DNA of 64,000 bases from Candidatus Heimdallarchaeota archaeon (GCA_030603365.1 JAUVXV010000001.1:637037-701036); one strand, 5' to 3'; numbered from the stretch's first letter, positions 40,766 through 51,868 are shown. A program made the numbers and translations. Notes: generated from the sequence alone by a model not told the origin.

Positions 40766-40845
40766 AAAAATAAATTTTAAAACATTTATAAGTTTTATCT
40801 GGACAAAGAAAAAGGCTTATAGGTGCATGAAAATGCTCCAATGTA

Positions 40846-43800
40846 ATGAAGAGAGACTATAGTGGATTGAAGAAATCTAGACGTTATTTGCTTCAAAATT
40901 TCTTCATGACTTCGCGATCAGTTTTTAATACCTTATTTAATACAAAAATTAGTGATTTAGAAAAATTTCAAAAAATAATGTACTTCCTATTATGGATCCT
41001 GTCACCAATATTGTTTGTTATACTTCCATTAGTAGATTTAATTTCTATGATTTTCTTACCTGGTTTACACCTTTTCAAACCTCTCTTTAAAGCAGGCTGG
41101 AAATATGGTTTAATCTCTTCTGTTGGAGTAACACTAGCAGTTTCTGTAATAACTCAGTATGTGTTCTTCATTTACTCCTATCAATTCCAAGCTTTTGATC
41201 TCTATTTAGCTGATATGGATAGAAGATATATACAAGTAGAAGTTGAAACAGTCACAATAGGAGCGACATATGATCATTATAATAGCTTCAAAAGAATTGC
41301 TGAGCTTGCTGTGGGTTTTGCAAATATGACTGAAAGAATACCACAGATAGACCTTTTCTTCAGAAGATCTACGTTCACGCAAACTTTTGATCCCTTGCTC
41401 AATTCTACGGTTTTACCAAGTATGCCACTATTTGGTACGCATGGGAAATTATGGACTTTTCTTGAACAGAATATAGCAAACGGAACAGCTCCTGATCCAT
41501 TTTCTGATGATCAAGTTCTAGTGTTAATGACTCGTGATTTCTATAATCATTCATCTATTGAGCTTTATACTCAACAAAAACTATACATTCCTGTTTCTTT
41601 GAATATAGAAGATTCCTTAACAGATCCTGGAGCTCAAACAAGTGTAAATGTTACTGGAATAATTTTTCTAGACGATTTACCCAAGTATAATGTTTTGGAA
41701 TATCAATATGGAATTCCAGTTGAAACTGTACTAGAGCTATCTGAAACAGCAGCAGTTATCTCTCTCTGGCCAATTTCTGCTAACAGATTACATGATATCG
41801 CAAAAACTGTCGGAACAGGTGATATAATTGAAGATTTATTTTACGATGTCTCTCAAATAGATGCATTTAGGTTAAATTTAGAAATAACTTATCTCAAAAT
41901 ACTTGGCAATAAGTTGAAGGAGTCATATCTTACTTTTGCTTCATATCTCTCTGTCAGAATCACATCTCCATTAATTAATTTGATAGAAAAATTCCGAGAA
42001 GAATATAATCTGTATCAAACATTTATGTTAGCATTTTTAGCTCCTATTGTTGCTCTGACCATTATACTTACAGTTTATGCAGCTAACCTTGTTAGAAAGA
42101 AAAGAGATAGACAATTAACAATACTCGCAGATAGGGGAACGAGTAGAATTGAAATTGGTTCTTATTTATCGTTAGAAGCATTTATTGTGGGGGCCATTTC
42201 ACTAGCAGTGGGAGTTTCAGCAGGAATACCTATAGCTTCTCTGCTGACAAGAAGTTCAGGATATTTGTCCTTCGGTAACACTTCCTTACCCTTGAAACTT
42301 GAACTTTCTTCTGTCTCTGTTGCCATATTTGGTAGTATTGGTGCAATTATCGTAATTCAGTTGTTCAATACGATGACACTCTTAAGAAAAAGAGATATTG
42401 ACGATTATGGGAAGGTAGAGAAAAATCTACCAGGATTCTATAAATATTATATTGATGTTGCACTTGCTATTATTGGTGTTGCTCTTTGGTATGTATATGA
42501 AATGCCAGCTCTTAATGCATTTAAGTATAAAACGGCTCGATATGTTGGGATACCAGCAATTGTAGTACTGCTTTTTGGGTTAATACTACTATCTCAAAGA
42601 CTCTTACCATTGTTCTCAAAAATGCTCATAAAACTTAGTATAAAATTGAAATGGGATATTCCCTCACTAAGTTTGAGAGAAATATATAGATACCAAAAAA
42701 GTTACTCTAGATCCTCCATTATCTTATGCTTATCATTTTCTCTTGTTGTAACGTCAATAGTTGTTCCGTACACGTATCAAGATTTTAATTACGAAGGTGC
42801 GCAATATGACCTAGGAACGGATATTTTGATTAGGAACTTCCCAATTGAGGATTCAATATTGAAGAATACCTTAGAAGATATGATCCAAGTAGAAGCAACA
42901 TCAATTGTACGTTTTATTAATATTCGGGATCCTCAAGGAGTATCAACGATTGTATCGATTCTAGCAATTAATCCTGAAACGTTCAAAAAAGCGGCTTTCT
43001 TCAGATCAGATTTCAGTAAAGCATCTCTTGATGAATTATTGGCGGATCTAACTTATGCTCGTGATGAAAATTCTACATCTGTAATTGGTCAGGTTGATGA
43101 ACTTTCACTTTTTAATTATGTCGAAGGTAGTGTAATGAAAATGACTTACTGGGCATATAACGAAAGCAATAGAAATGAATTTGGGTCACCATTTTTCTAT
43201 ACTGATGTAACGTTTACATTTCTAAATACCTACAATGTATGGCCATTGTTTCTAAAAGAATTAATACTAGATAATGTAAGAGCTTCATATTTCCATTTTG
43301 TTGCTCCATTGAATATTATGGACTTTATACAGTATAATTATTTGAGTTCAATAAATTACTTGTATGTGAAAGTTAAGGATGGATATGACATCTCTGATAC
43401 CGCTGATGAAATCAAACCTTTAGTAGGTAGTAGTCCTGTATTTGATGTTGAAAGACAATTATTTGTAAAACCTGATAGTCCTAGATCATCTATTTTGTAC
43501 TCTGCAATCAATTCCACATTACTGATGTCTTTTGCGATAAATGCAATAATACTAGGTTTATTTGCTTCTATACAACTAATCGATAAGAATAAAGAGTTAG
43601 CTACAATGAAAGCAATAGGAATTTCTTCAGGACAACTAAATAAATATTTCATTTCAATTTATATTACAATGCTTGCATTCTCAACAATTTTAGGATTAAT
43701 AATCGGTTTCATCGCTTCTTCTATGTTGATGTCTATCCTTTCAATTAGTAGAAGTATGCCATCTTACCATATGAACTTTCCAATAGGTCAGATAGCATTA

Positions 43801-43902
43801 GTATTATCAATTCTACTAGTAACTTCATTAGCAGGAGCCACGATACCAACAATGACAATGTCAAAGAATGAAGTAGGTACTGAATTAAGACAATCTGCAT
43901 AG
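40846..43902 (+). CDS. ABC transporter permease, FtsX/MacB-like (duplicated)
   Basis: RQLTILADRG and KELATMKAIG motifs; two extracellular domains. Confidence 0.9.
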   Translation: MKRDYSGLKKSRRYLLQNFFMTSRSVFNTLFNTKISDLEKFQKIMYFLLWILSPILFVILPLVDLISMIFLPGLHLFKPLFKAGWKYGLISSVGVTLAVSVITQYVFFIYSYQFQAFDLYLADMDRRYIQVEVETVTIGATYDHYNSFKRIAELAVGFANMTERIPQIDLFFRRSTFTQTFDPLLNSTVLPSMPLFGTHGKLWTFLEQNIANGTAPDPFSDDQVLVLMTRDFYNHSSIELYTQQKLYIPVSLNIEDSLTDPGAQTSVNVTGIIFLDDLPKYNVLEYQYGIPVETVLELSETAAVISLWPISANRLHDIAKTVGTGDIIEDLFYDVSQIDAFRLNLEITYLKILGNKLKESYLTFASYLSVRITSPLINLIEKFREEYNLYQTFMLAFLAPIVALTIILTVYAANLVRKKRDRQLTILADRGTSRIEIGSYLSLEAFIVGAISLAVGVSAGIPIASLLTRSSGYLSFGNTSLPLKLELSSVSVAIFGSIGAIIVIQLFNTMTLLRKRDIDDYGKVEKNLPGFYKYYIDVALAIIGVALWYVYEMPALNAFKYKTARYVGIPAIVVLLFGLILLSQRLLPLFSKMLIKLSIKLKWDIPSLSLREIYRYQKSYSRSSIILCLSFSLVVTSIVVPYTYQDFNYEGAQYDLGTDILIRNFPIEDSILKNTLEDMIQVEATSIVRFINIRDPQGVSTIVSILAINPETFKKAAFFRSDFSKASLDELLADLTYARDENSTSVIGQVDELSLFNYVEGSVMKMTYWAYNESNRNEFGSPFFYTDVTFTFLNTYNVWPLFLKELILDNVRASYFHFVAPLNIMDFIQYNYLSSINYLYVKVKDGYDISDTADEIKPLVGSSPVFDVERQLFVKPDSPRSSILYSAINSTLLMSFAINAIILGLFASIQLIDKNKELATMKAIGISSGQLNKYFISIYITMLAFSTILGLIIGFIASSMLMSILSISRSMPSYHMNFPIGQIALVLSILLVTSLAGATIPTMTMSKNEVGTELRQSA

Positions 43903-43910
43903 GTGATAAT

Positions 43911-44756
43911 ATGGCATATATAGAAATTAGAGATTTAATAAAAGTTTACCAGGCAAAGGAGACTTACTATAAAGTTCCAGCCTTACGAGGAATAGAATTA
44001 GAAATAGAACAAGGGGAATTTATCTCAATAATTGGCCCCTCTGGTAGTGGTAAAACTACTTTACTTCTTATTCTCTCTGGTATGGCTGAACCCACTGCAG
44101 GTTACGTTCGTATTGGAGATGTAAGGTTAGACCAGCTTAGTGAGGAAACTAGAAATCTCTACAGAAGAACAAAAGTAGGTACTTTGTGGCAGATTCCAAA
44201 TCGAAACCTAATTTGGGAAATCAATATTCTACAAAATGTAGAGATTCCTTTAAGATTGATGGGTCTTCAAAGAGAAGTAAGAATTAAACGAGCCCGAGAA
44301 TTATTGGCGGAAGTTGGTTTAGAAAATAGAGTGAAACATCGCCCAAGTCAGCTGTCAGGAGGAGAGGTTCAAAGAGCAGGATTAGCATGTGCATTAGCTC
44401 ATGAACCTGAACTACTTCTAGCTGATGAACCCACAGGTGAACTTGATTCAAAAACTTCTGGAGAGTTACTCAAGTATTTTCAAAGCTTAAATGAAACCCA
44501 TGGAATAACTGCTATCATGGTAACTCATGATTTTGATGTAGCCAAAGCTACAGATAGACTTATTCAGATTGTTAATGGAAGAATCTCAGGTTATTCTCTA
44601 ACAGGAGATCTAAAAACAATTAGAGATATGCACGAAGTGTATTTAGACAGGTTTGGTTCAATACAGTTACCAAGACATATAGTAGATAATATGAAAGTTC
44701 AAAGAAGAGTAAATATTGAACATCAAGATGGTAAAGTTATTCTAACTCAGGAATAA
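43911..44756 (+). CDS. ABC transporter ATP-binding protein (LolD-like, AbrB-like C-terminus)
   Basis: GPSGSGKT, LSGGE, LLADEPTG, VTHD. Confidence 0.95.
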   Translation: MAYIEIRDLIKVYQAKETYYKVPALRGIELEIEQGEFISIIGPSGSGKTTLLLILSGMAEPTAGYVRIGDVRLDQLSEETRNLYRRTKVGTLWQIPNRNLIWEINILQNVEIPLRLMGLQREVRIKRARELLAEVGLENRVKHRPSQLSGGEVQRAGLACALAHEPELLLADEPTGELDSKTSGELLKYFQSLNETHGITAIMVTHDFDVAKATDRLIQIVNGRISGYSLTGDLKTIRDMHEVYLDRFGSIQLPRHIVDNMKVQRRVNIEHQDGKVILTQE

Positions 44757-44807
44757 TTACCTGCACTTAGAAACAAAACTATTAAATAAAAATAAATTCC
44801 TGCTAAA

Positions 44808-45080
44808 TTGAAAGTGTCTCTGATGAGCGAAACCAAACCCCCAAAGACAAAACAGAAGCCAGATAGGCAGTTTGATCTTGTTGTAATCAAAATGATGGGT
44901 GCACTCGCATTAAGTGTAGCCTTATTGTTTGGGGGTGGAGCGATTCTTATATATGCCGTAGCTGGAAATATAGCAATCGCAGGATATGAAAATACTGTTG
45001 GTACAATTCTAGGGGTACATATTGCAACATTGATGATATTCTATGCATTTGCAATGTTCAAATATATTGTAAGTGATTAA
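44808..45080 (+). CDS. small two-TM membrane protein
   Basis: Two hydrophobic helices. Confidence 0.6.
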   Translation: MKVSLMSETKPPKTKQKPDRQFDLVVIKMMGALALSVALLFGGGAILIYAVAGNIAIAGYENTVGTILGVHIATLMIFYAFAMFKYIVSD

Positions 45081-45873
45081 TATGCGATTCTCTCTTAAAA
45101 GTAAAAAGGAAGATAAAACCGATTACCTAAGTCTTACTTTTAAAGATAAAGTGAAGAAAATAGCATGGTTTTGTTTAAAGTGGGGAGGAGGCATTCTATT
45201 AGTTGAGATTCTAATATGGGTTTTAGTTGACACTTTAACAAGATCTTGGTTTACTGAAGTTGCAGGAATTTATTTCTATACGGGAATACCTGCTGTTCTA
45301 CTAATTATTGGGGGATGTATGGGAGGTTTAAGTAGATATAATGCTCCACCAAAAATGAGAATAATTGAACCAGATGATCAAGCAGTAACTCCAGAAAATT
45401 TTCAGATAAGAGTTAGATATGATAAAAACAAAGTCTTGAGTCAAACAATTGAAATTCATGTAAATGATAAACCCATTCCACATAAGATAATAGATGACTC
45501 AGGAATAATTACAATCCCAAAGATTTTCAAGATACCTCCAAAAAAAGCTGCTTCTTTAATAATTTCTGTTGTTGGTAAGAATAATCAACAGAAGGAAATA
45601 AAGGATAAAATAAGAGTAATCTGTGACCCAGAATCAGATGAAGAAGACTACTTAGACTATTGGGAGTTTAAACGTGATGATGAGACTTATTGGGGAAAAG
45701 AAATGCTTTCAGCCTCAAAACATGCTAAAAGAAGTCTAAATTCTAGTAAAATGATTGTACTCGCTGTATTACTCTTTATTGCCAATTATCTTTTTGGTAT
45801 AATATACCAAGCTATATTATTTGCTCTTTATACAGGTGTTTATTCAATACTTAATTTCTTATTTTTCTTCTGA
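45073..45873 (+). CDS. membrane protein with Ig-like soluble domain
   Basis: Two TMs, beta-rich PPKMRIIEP... domain, C-terminal TM. Confidence 0.6.
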   Translation: MINMRFSLKSKKEDKTDYLSLTFKDKVKKIAWFCLKWGGGILLVEILIWVLVDTLTRSWFTEVAGIYFYTGIPAVLLIIGGCMGGLSRYNAPPKMRIIEPDDQAVTPENFQIRVRYDKNKVLSQTIEIHVNDKPIPHKIIDDSGIITIPKIFKIPPKKAASLIISVVGKNNQQKEIKDKIRVICDPESDEEDYLDYWEFKRDDETYWGKEMLSASKHAKRSLNSSKMIVLAVLLFIANYLFGIIYQAILFALYTGVYSILNFLFFF

Positions 45874-45941
45874 TTTAATTTTTGCTTGATTGTTAACATT
45901 TTTAATGTTTTGTACACTAAATATGCTAAGAGGTCAATATA

Positions 45942-48155
45942 ATGAATAAAAAAGCTAGATTTCCAGTTTATTTACTAACGACATTTATGTTATTACTTAT
46001 GGTGAGTGGAGTTTATATTAACAATAGCTCTGCAATAGAAAATTCAGAAAGAAATGCCTATTATGATGAAATTGCAGATACTCTGTTTAATGAAGATCCA
46101 ACAAATCCAACTCAAATTCTAAGATATAGGTTACTGGCGGAAAACCCAGATCTAATGAAAGATAAACCTACTATCAAAACAGCTGTTTTTCAGGCAGAAG
46201 AAGACGTAGGTGATGTTAATGATTTCTACATTATCGAATCTTTTCTTGTTTCTACTTATGTATATGTGTTAGAACCAGCTAAATTATTAGCAAAAGGAAC
46301 TAATAGTTATGTATATGTTCTCAATAGTGTAATAGATTCTCAAGGAGAATCAAGTGCAACAACTAAAGCCGAGCTCTGGAGAGATGAATTTGAGAGTAAA
46401 ATTTATCCGAATGATATTCTATATTTCGGATCTCCAGATGGAAATCTAGGAGATATAGATGGTGATTCACATGTCACAATTTTAATGGCTAGTTTCGATG
46501 GTGGAGTAGCAGGATATTTTGATATGAGAAATGAACTAGATGTACTAAACTCAAACAAAAGAGAAATGGTTTATGTTGATTATCTAGCTACTTATGGTGT
46601 ATTGGCACATGAATTTCAACATTTAATACATTATAATAATGACATCAATGAAAGATGGTGGGTAGATGAAGGTTGTGCTGAATACGCAAAGTACCTAAGT
46701 GGGTATGATGTAATTAACAATCTTACAGCATTTGCTAGTGATTATTTTGCTCATTATCCTGATGATGGTCTATTGTATTGGAATTATCAGAGTGAAGGTG
46801 GAAGGGATGTAAGAATTGATTATGGTAGTGCTTACATGTTCATTTTCTATCTCGCAGAAAAATATGGTATTAGTGCTATCACAAACCTAGTTGCAAGTAC
46901 AACAGTTGGCGCAGCTGGTGTGGAGGCAGCATTAAGTTCAGTGGGTGTAAGTATTGGGTTTAATGATCTTTACCTTAATTGGGCTACAGCATTATATGTA
47001 GATGATACTTCATTTGAAGATGGATTATTCGGATTTGATGATCTAGATATATCAATGGACTATGATCTTGTAAGTTCATATCCAGTTACCAAAGATAACA
47101 GACTAAACAGATATTATGGTATATATGCTGCAAAATTAGATTCACCTCTTGATAAGCTGATGTTAGATACAGCCTCTCCTGGTGGAAAATATCTTGGTAT
47201 ATCAATTGCTATACATGATATAAATGGATGGTCTGTAGAAAAGAGTATTCAGACAGGATCAATAACTGAATTCATAAATGGAACAATAATAGATGAAGCT
47301 TACCTTATCACTAGTATAATGGATGCCACAACTCCATCAGTAACAGTCAATGGTCAGTTTACAGTAGGAACCATATACGACATTGATTACAGTTTAGCTC
47401 CTGGTGATCCACTGTTAATAGATTCATATACCTTTACTTATGAAGGTAGTAGTTGGGATTTCTCTTTAACTAACGTTATAATTCTTGATGATAATGCTAC
47501 AGAAGTAACTGATAGTAGTGGAGTAGAAGTTTATGCTCAATTTAGATACGAAGGATCCTCTGTTGTGTATCAATCCTTAGCAATGAGTTATTCATTAGTC
47601 CTTGATTGGTATTTAGAACAATCAATACAGTCTTTTGACGAAGATATTTATGATGTCTATGTTATTGCTTCAAGTTCTACTCAATATGGAAGAGAACTAA
47701 TAGACGTTGTTACTATCGCTCATATTCTAACAGTAGAAAAACCTGATGTTTCACTTAATGTTGATAGTACTGGGCTTTATGTAACTGTAAATGCTAGTTA
47801 TACACAACTCGGGGGATGGATATCATTTACACAGAATGCACAAACCATGATACTTCTCTATGATAAAGACGGTATATCACAGGGTTCATTTTCTATAAGC
47901 TTTAACGCGGTAACAAATCAATGGGGAGATGGATATGTAGATCTAAGTGAAGTAAATGGAGAATACTTTGTAAAAGTGAGTTTCAGATATGCTGATAGAA
48001 CTGTTAGATCTCCAGAATCAGATCACTTCACAGCAGAAGGAGAACCTCCACCTACATCAAACACAGGGTTCCTTGATTTTTCATCATGGTTTATTGTAGT
48101 TCTAGCATTGTTTACAGTATCAATTCCAATCATAGTGAAGAAGTTCAAAAAATAA
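45942..48155 (+). CDS. secreted zinc metallopeptidase (M30/M6-like), C-terminally anchored
   Basis: LAHEFQHLIH, WVDEGCAE, DYGSAYMF; signal peptide and C-terminal TM. Confidence 0.85.
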   Translation: MNKKARFPVYLLTTFMLLLMVSGVYINNSSAIENSERNAYYDEIADTLFNEDPTNPTQILRYRLLAENPDLMKDKPTIKTAVFQAEEDVGDVNDFYIIESFLVSTYVYVLEPAKLLAKGTNSYVYVLNSVIDSQGESSATTKAELWRDEFESKIYPNDILYFGSPDGNLGDIDGDSHVTILMASFDGGVAGYFDMRNELDVLNSNKREMVYVDYLATYGVLAHEFQHLIHYNNDINERWWVDEGCAEYAKYLSGYDVINNLTAFASDYFAHYPDDGLLYWNYQSEGGRDVRIDYGSAYMFIFYLAEKYGISAITNLVASTTVGAAGVEAALSSVGVSIGFNDLYLNWATALYVDDTSFEDGLFGFDDLDISMDYDLVSSYPVTKDNRLNRYYGIYAAKLDSPLDKLMLDTASPGGKYLGISIAIHDINGWSVEKSIQTGSITEFINGTIIDEAYLITSIMDATTPSVTVNGQFTVGTIYDIDYSLAPGDPLLIDSYTFTYEGSSWDFSLTNVIILDDNATEVTDSSGVEVYAQFRYEGSSVVYQSLAMSYSLVLDWYLEQSIQSFDEDIYDVYVIASSSTQYGRELIDVVTIAHILTVEKPDVSLNVDSTGLYVTVNASYTQLGGWISFTQNAQTMILLYDKDGISQGSFSISFNAVTNQWGDGYVDLSEVNGEYFVKVSFRYADRTVRSPESDHFTAEGEPPPTSNTGFLDFSSWFIVVLALFTVSIPIIVKKFKK

Positions 48156-48228
48156 TCTCTTTTGGGGGAGGAAATATTTTTTTTATTTATAGCGACAAGT
48201 AAACAAAAGAAGTTTTATATACGAAGTT

Positions 48229-49002
48229 ATGGAATGGGTAGATATGAGTCAAATAGAGTTATCTGACATTTTTAACGTAGATAGAGAAGGAAAACCAACT
48301 ATCAAGATAGTACTATTTGGACCACCTATGAGTGGTAAAACAAGCATGCTGACAGTATTTAATGCTCTCAGAAGAATGGAGAACCCACAAACAATAGTTT
48401 CATCATTAACTAAAATCCAAGATGATTCTGGTCGTACAGTATTTTTCGATCAAGGTGTATTTCAAACTCCTCCATTTAGAGGCAAGAAGTTTGACAGATT
48501 AAGATATCAACTCTGGACAGTACCAGGAGAAGATAGACATAAAGTTCAACGAGATATTGTAATGAAGGGAGTTGACGCAGTCTTAATCTTCTTGAATTTC
48601 GAGAATGTAGCTAAAGGACAAAATGAATCTATAATTAAAGAAGCCAAAGAAACAATTGGTGAGAAGTTTGGTTCTAAAATTCCTGTTGTTGCATACATAA
48701 ATAAATCTGATTTACCAGCTGAAGACAGAATAGATAAAAGAGAAATTATTCTATTTTTGATTGATGAAGGAGCTATTCCAGATGACAAAGCTGCAAATCT
48801 AGTAATGACTGGTAGTTGCTTGAATGCAAGAAATGATCTTTTAGCAATGTTGACATCTCCTAAACGTGATGATTTCTTCGATGATGATAATCAATTGAGT
48901 CTTGATAAGAGACCCGATTCTGTTTGGTTAATAGTAAGACCAATACAAAAACTAACACAAATGGCTGTAGAACAAAGATTGGAGTATGTTCAAAATATCT
49001 AA
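48229..49002 (+). CDS. MglA/Arf-like small GTPase (paralog of 35669)
   Basis: GPPMSGKTS, GRTVFFD, WTVPGE, NKSD. Confidence 0.88.
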   Translation: MEWVDMSQIELSDIFNVDREGKPTIKIVLFGPPMSGKTSMLTVFNALRRMENPQTIVSSLTKIQDDSGRTVFFDQGVFQTPPFRGKKFDRLRYQLWTVPGEDRHKVQRDIVMKGVDAVLIFLNFENVAKGQNESIIKEAKETIGEKFGSKIPVVAYINKSDLPAEDRIDKREIILFLIDEGAIPDDKAANLVMTGSCLNARNDLLAMLTSPKRDDFFDDDNQLSLDKRPDSVWLIVRPIQKLTQMAVEQRLEYVQNI

Positions 49003-49122
49003 TAACCAGCCTTCAAATCCTATTTTTCTATTATATAGAGACTTCCTTCCAATAATTGGACTGATTTAAACAACGAATAGCAAAAAACAATATGAAAACT
49101 TTCCAATAAAAGAGATGAGTTT

Positions 49123-49686
49123 TTAGAATTGAATAACGTTATCCAAACTTATCTTAGCTAGTTCATATGGAGTATTCTTTGGTATCTCCACCAAACGAAG
49201 TTCAAAATTGCTTCTTCTGAAGTATCGATGTTCAAATCCAAAATATTCATCCATGGTTTTTCTCAACATTCGATTTAGAGATTCAGTTATATCTCTAGTA
49301 CCAATTGGTTTTGTGTTAAAGTACTTCTCTTGAACTAATCTGATTAACTCATATTTACTAAGTTTGGTTTTGTCTCGTATCTGCAGCATTTCTAAGGTAA
49401 GAGCTGCACTTACTTGACCACTGTAGCAGTTGAGTCTGTTGATTATTCTTTTGTATCTAACAGGATGAACTCCTTCTAAACTGAAGCGATCGAGACTCAT
49501 AAATGAGCCTGCACTATAAGCAATTATCAACCCCATTACAGCGGAAAACTCTCTAATACGTATAGCTTCATTTAAACGAACTCTTTTACCATTTCCTGTG
49601 GTAAATAGTTGAGCTGATTGCCGAAGTACTCGGTCAATCTGGGCCCTCACCTCTAATTCGTCCATATCTTGCTGAAATATACCCAA
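49123..49686 (-). CDS. hypothetical protein
   Basis: 187-aa ORF divergent from the actin-like gene. Confidence 0.6.
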   Translation of the reverse strand: MGIFQQDMDELEVRAQIDRVLRQSAQLFTTGNGKRVRLNEAIRIREFSAVMGLIIAYSAGSFMSLDRFSLEGVHPVRYKRIINRLNCYSGQVSAALTLEMLQIRDKTKLSKYELIRLVQEKYFNTKPIGTRDITESLNRMLRKTMDEYFGFEHRYFRRSNFELRLVEIPKNTPYELAKISLDNVIQF

Positions 49687-50003
49687 AGTAAGCCACCAGG
49701 GTTATGTGTGTGCTAGCACTAACATGGTATATGCATTTATATACTTTTGCCAGACTATTCTATATTCCTTATCATACTTACGCGGTTAAACCCTTTAAAT
49801 CTATTCTTCAGACAGTTTTCAAACCAAAATATTTTTTGAAATTTTACACTCCTTCTTTGGATTGTAAACTCTTAAATTTCTCATCGAGCTTTTATATTAT
49901 TTCATTTATTATATATTGTATAAGACTGTAAAAACAACCATCAATAAGAAGATTTCTTGTTACGGTCAAACAGTTTATATAATGAAATCTTGAGAAAAAA
50001 ACA

Positions 50004-51068
50004 GTGGTGAATTATATGCCTATTGCCCCCATGACAAACGCTGTAGGAATAGATTTAGGAACAAGTACAATTAAATTAACCTCTGGAGAATTCAGTTACC
50101 GAATTCCTTCTGTAATCGGAACACCTAACCCAGGTTGGCAAGGTATGTCCTCTGATAAGAGCTGGTTGAATAACCTCATTATTGAAGATTCTAAAGGACA
50201 AGAAGTATACATTGGCGAATTAGCTAGACTTCAAAGCGAAATCAGAAAACCTCTCGCTTCTGAAGGAAAAATGAAATCCATCAATAACAGTTTAATGGCA
50301 TTAAAAGCAATTCTTAGTCTTATAATGAAATCTAGTTATGAGCAATTTGTAGTTGCTACTGGAGTACCAATAGCTACTGGTGTTGAAGAGAGTAAGCAGC
50401 TAAGCAGAGGTCTCAAAGGAACACATGAAGTCAAAGTAAGAAATGACGCTACTGGTGAATCCAAACAAATGAAAATTTTGATTGAGCAAGTTTTCATCGC
50501 ACCTGAACCATATGGCACATATTGGTATTCATTAAAAAAAAGTGGTGTTCAAACAGCAGTTGATTCTATTATTGTTGATATAGGTCATGGAACAACAGAT
50601 ATTCTATGTATGTATAAAGGTAACATGATGAGAGCAGCATCTGGTACTCTAGAAGAAGCAGTTGATAGCTTAACAAATGCATTATCCCGAGCAATACAAG
50701 AAAAATCTGGTAAAATAATTCGACCTTTTGATTTGATGACTGCCATTGAACAAGGAAAGAAGAATATTCTTGTTGGTGGTAAAGCATTAGATATCAGTGG
50801 AGCTATGGATCAAGCTGTAACTTCAATTGCCGATGTAATAGTTGATGAAAGTAATAGACTTCTCAATAACCTCCCACCCGATGCATGGATAGAAAAAGTA
50901 ATTGTTTGTGGTGGAGGATCTTATGTGTTTGGTGATTATCTTAAACAAGCCTTCTTTGAAGCAAATATCGTCAAAAACACAGGTGAGGTTATCACACCTG
51001 AAAATGCAGTTATGTCTAATGCCCGTGGATTTGAACAGATTGCATTAACAAAATTGAAGAAGCAATAA
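50004..51068 (+). CDS. actin-fold ATPase, ParM/StbA (Ta0583-like) family
   Basis: GIDLGTSTIK, ATGVP, APEPYG, VDIGHGTTD, VCGGGS, NARGF. Confidence 0.9.
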   Translation: MVNYMPIAPMTNAVGIDLGTSTIKLTSGEFSYRIPSVIGTPNPGWQGMSSDKSWLNNLIIEDSKGQEVYIGELARLQSEIRKPLASEGKMKSINNSLMALKAILSLIMKSSYEQFVVATGVPIATGVEESKQLSRGLKGTHEVKVRNDATGESKQMKILIEQVFIAPEPYGTYWYSLKKSGVQTAVDSIIVDIGHGTTDILCMYKGNMMRAASGTLEEAVDSLTNALSRAIQEKSGKIIRPFDLMTAIEQGKKNILVGGKALDISGAMDQAVTSIADVIVDESNRLLNNLPPDAWIEKVIVCGGGSYVFGDYLKQAFFEANIVKNTGEVITPENAVMSNARGFEQIALTKLKKQ

Positions 51069-51079
51069 TTTTCTACTTT

Positions 51080-51868
51080 TTATTCATCTTTTTCATTCTT
51101 CCTAGATATATCTAGTTTTTTCTCCAATTTCATTGCATAACCTGGGCTGATTGTCAGATAAATGACCATTAATGTTGCAATAGCATAAGCAGGATAAACC
51201 ATTAGATTGTTTGGAGAGAATGGTAGAACTGCAAAAAGAAACACTGAGAGTGTTGTTGTACTTATCCAGAACCAATCAAATAGTGTTGGAACACCTTTGA
51301 AGGAGGGAAAGGGAATTTTTGAAATCATAAATCCTGCAATAATAAAAGTTGAAACTATTATTACCCATGCATGAGTATATGGAAATACAACTAAACATGC
51401 GATGACCATACCAGCAAATGGACTTGGTAATCCAGTGAAATAAGGAGTGTAAAGAGGATCTCTTCTTATAAATCTAAATAAACGAAACCAAACAGCTGCA
51501 AGATAAACAAGTCCTGTGATAACACCAGCAACAATATTCCAAATTTCTATCTGCCATTGCGAAACTATGTATCCTAAATAAATCGCAGGAAATATACCAA
51601 AAGAAACTGAATCTACCATAGCGTCAATATCTACAGCTAATTTCTTACTCCCACCAATTCTTGCTAATTTACCATCTGCAAAATCGAATATTGAGCAAAC
51701 AGCCATGATTTTTGCAAACCAGAAATTAAAATTAGTTAGATCGAAAAAAATGAGTACAATTCCTGTAATTGATAATGCTATACTACCAAATGTCATTAAA
51801 TTTGCTACAATCAAAGAAGATATTTTTATCCATCTTTTTTGAAGAAAGGAAATATCTTGCCAATCCAT
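51080..51868 (-). CDS. pssA: archaetidylserine/phosphatidylserine synthase
   Basis: ANLMT, DFADGKLAR...DAMVDSVSFG, RLFRF, FTGLPSP. Confidence 0.88.
   Translation of the reverse strand: MDWQDISFLQKRWIKISSLIVANLMTFGSIALSITGIVLIFFDLTNFNFWFAKIMAVCSIFDFADGKLARIGGSKKLAVDIDAMVDSVSFGIFPAIYLGYIVSQWQIEIWNIVAGVITGLVYLAAVWFRLFRFIRRDPLYTPYFTGLPSPFAGMVIACLVVFPYTHAWVIIVSTFIIAGFMISKIPFPSFKGVPTLFDWFWISTTTLSVFLFAVLPFSPNNLMVYPAYAIATLMVIYLTISPGYAMKLEKKLDISRKNEKDE

Noticed and set aside
49687-50003. parC iteron array for the ParM-like gene, and the 75-aa ORF 49704-49931
   Set aside because: No regular direct repeats seen; the ORF reads like AT-rich promoter sequence.
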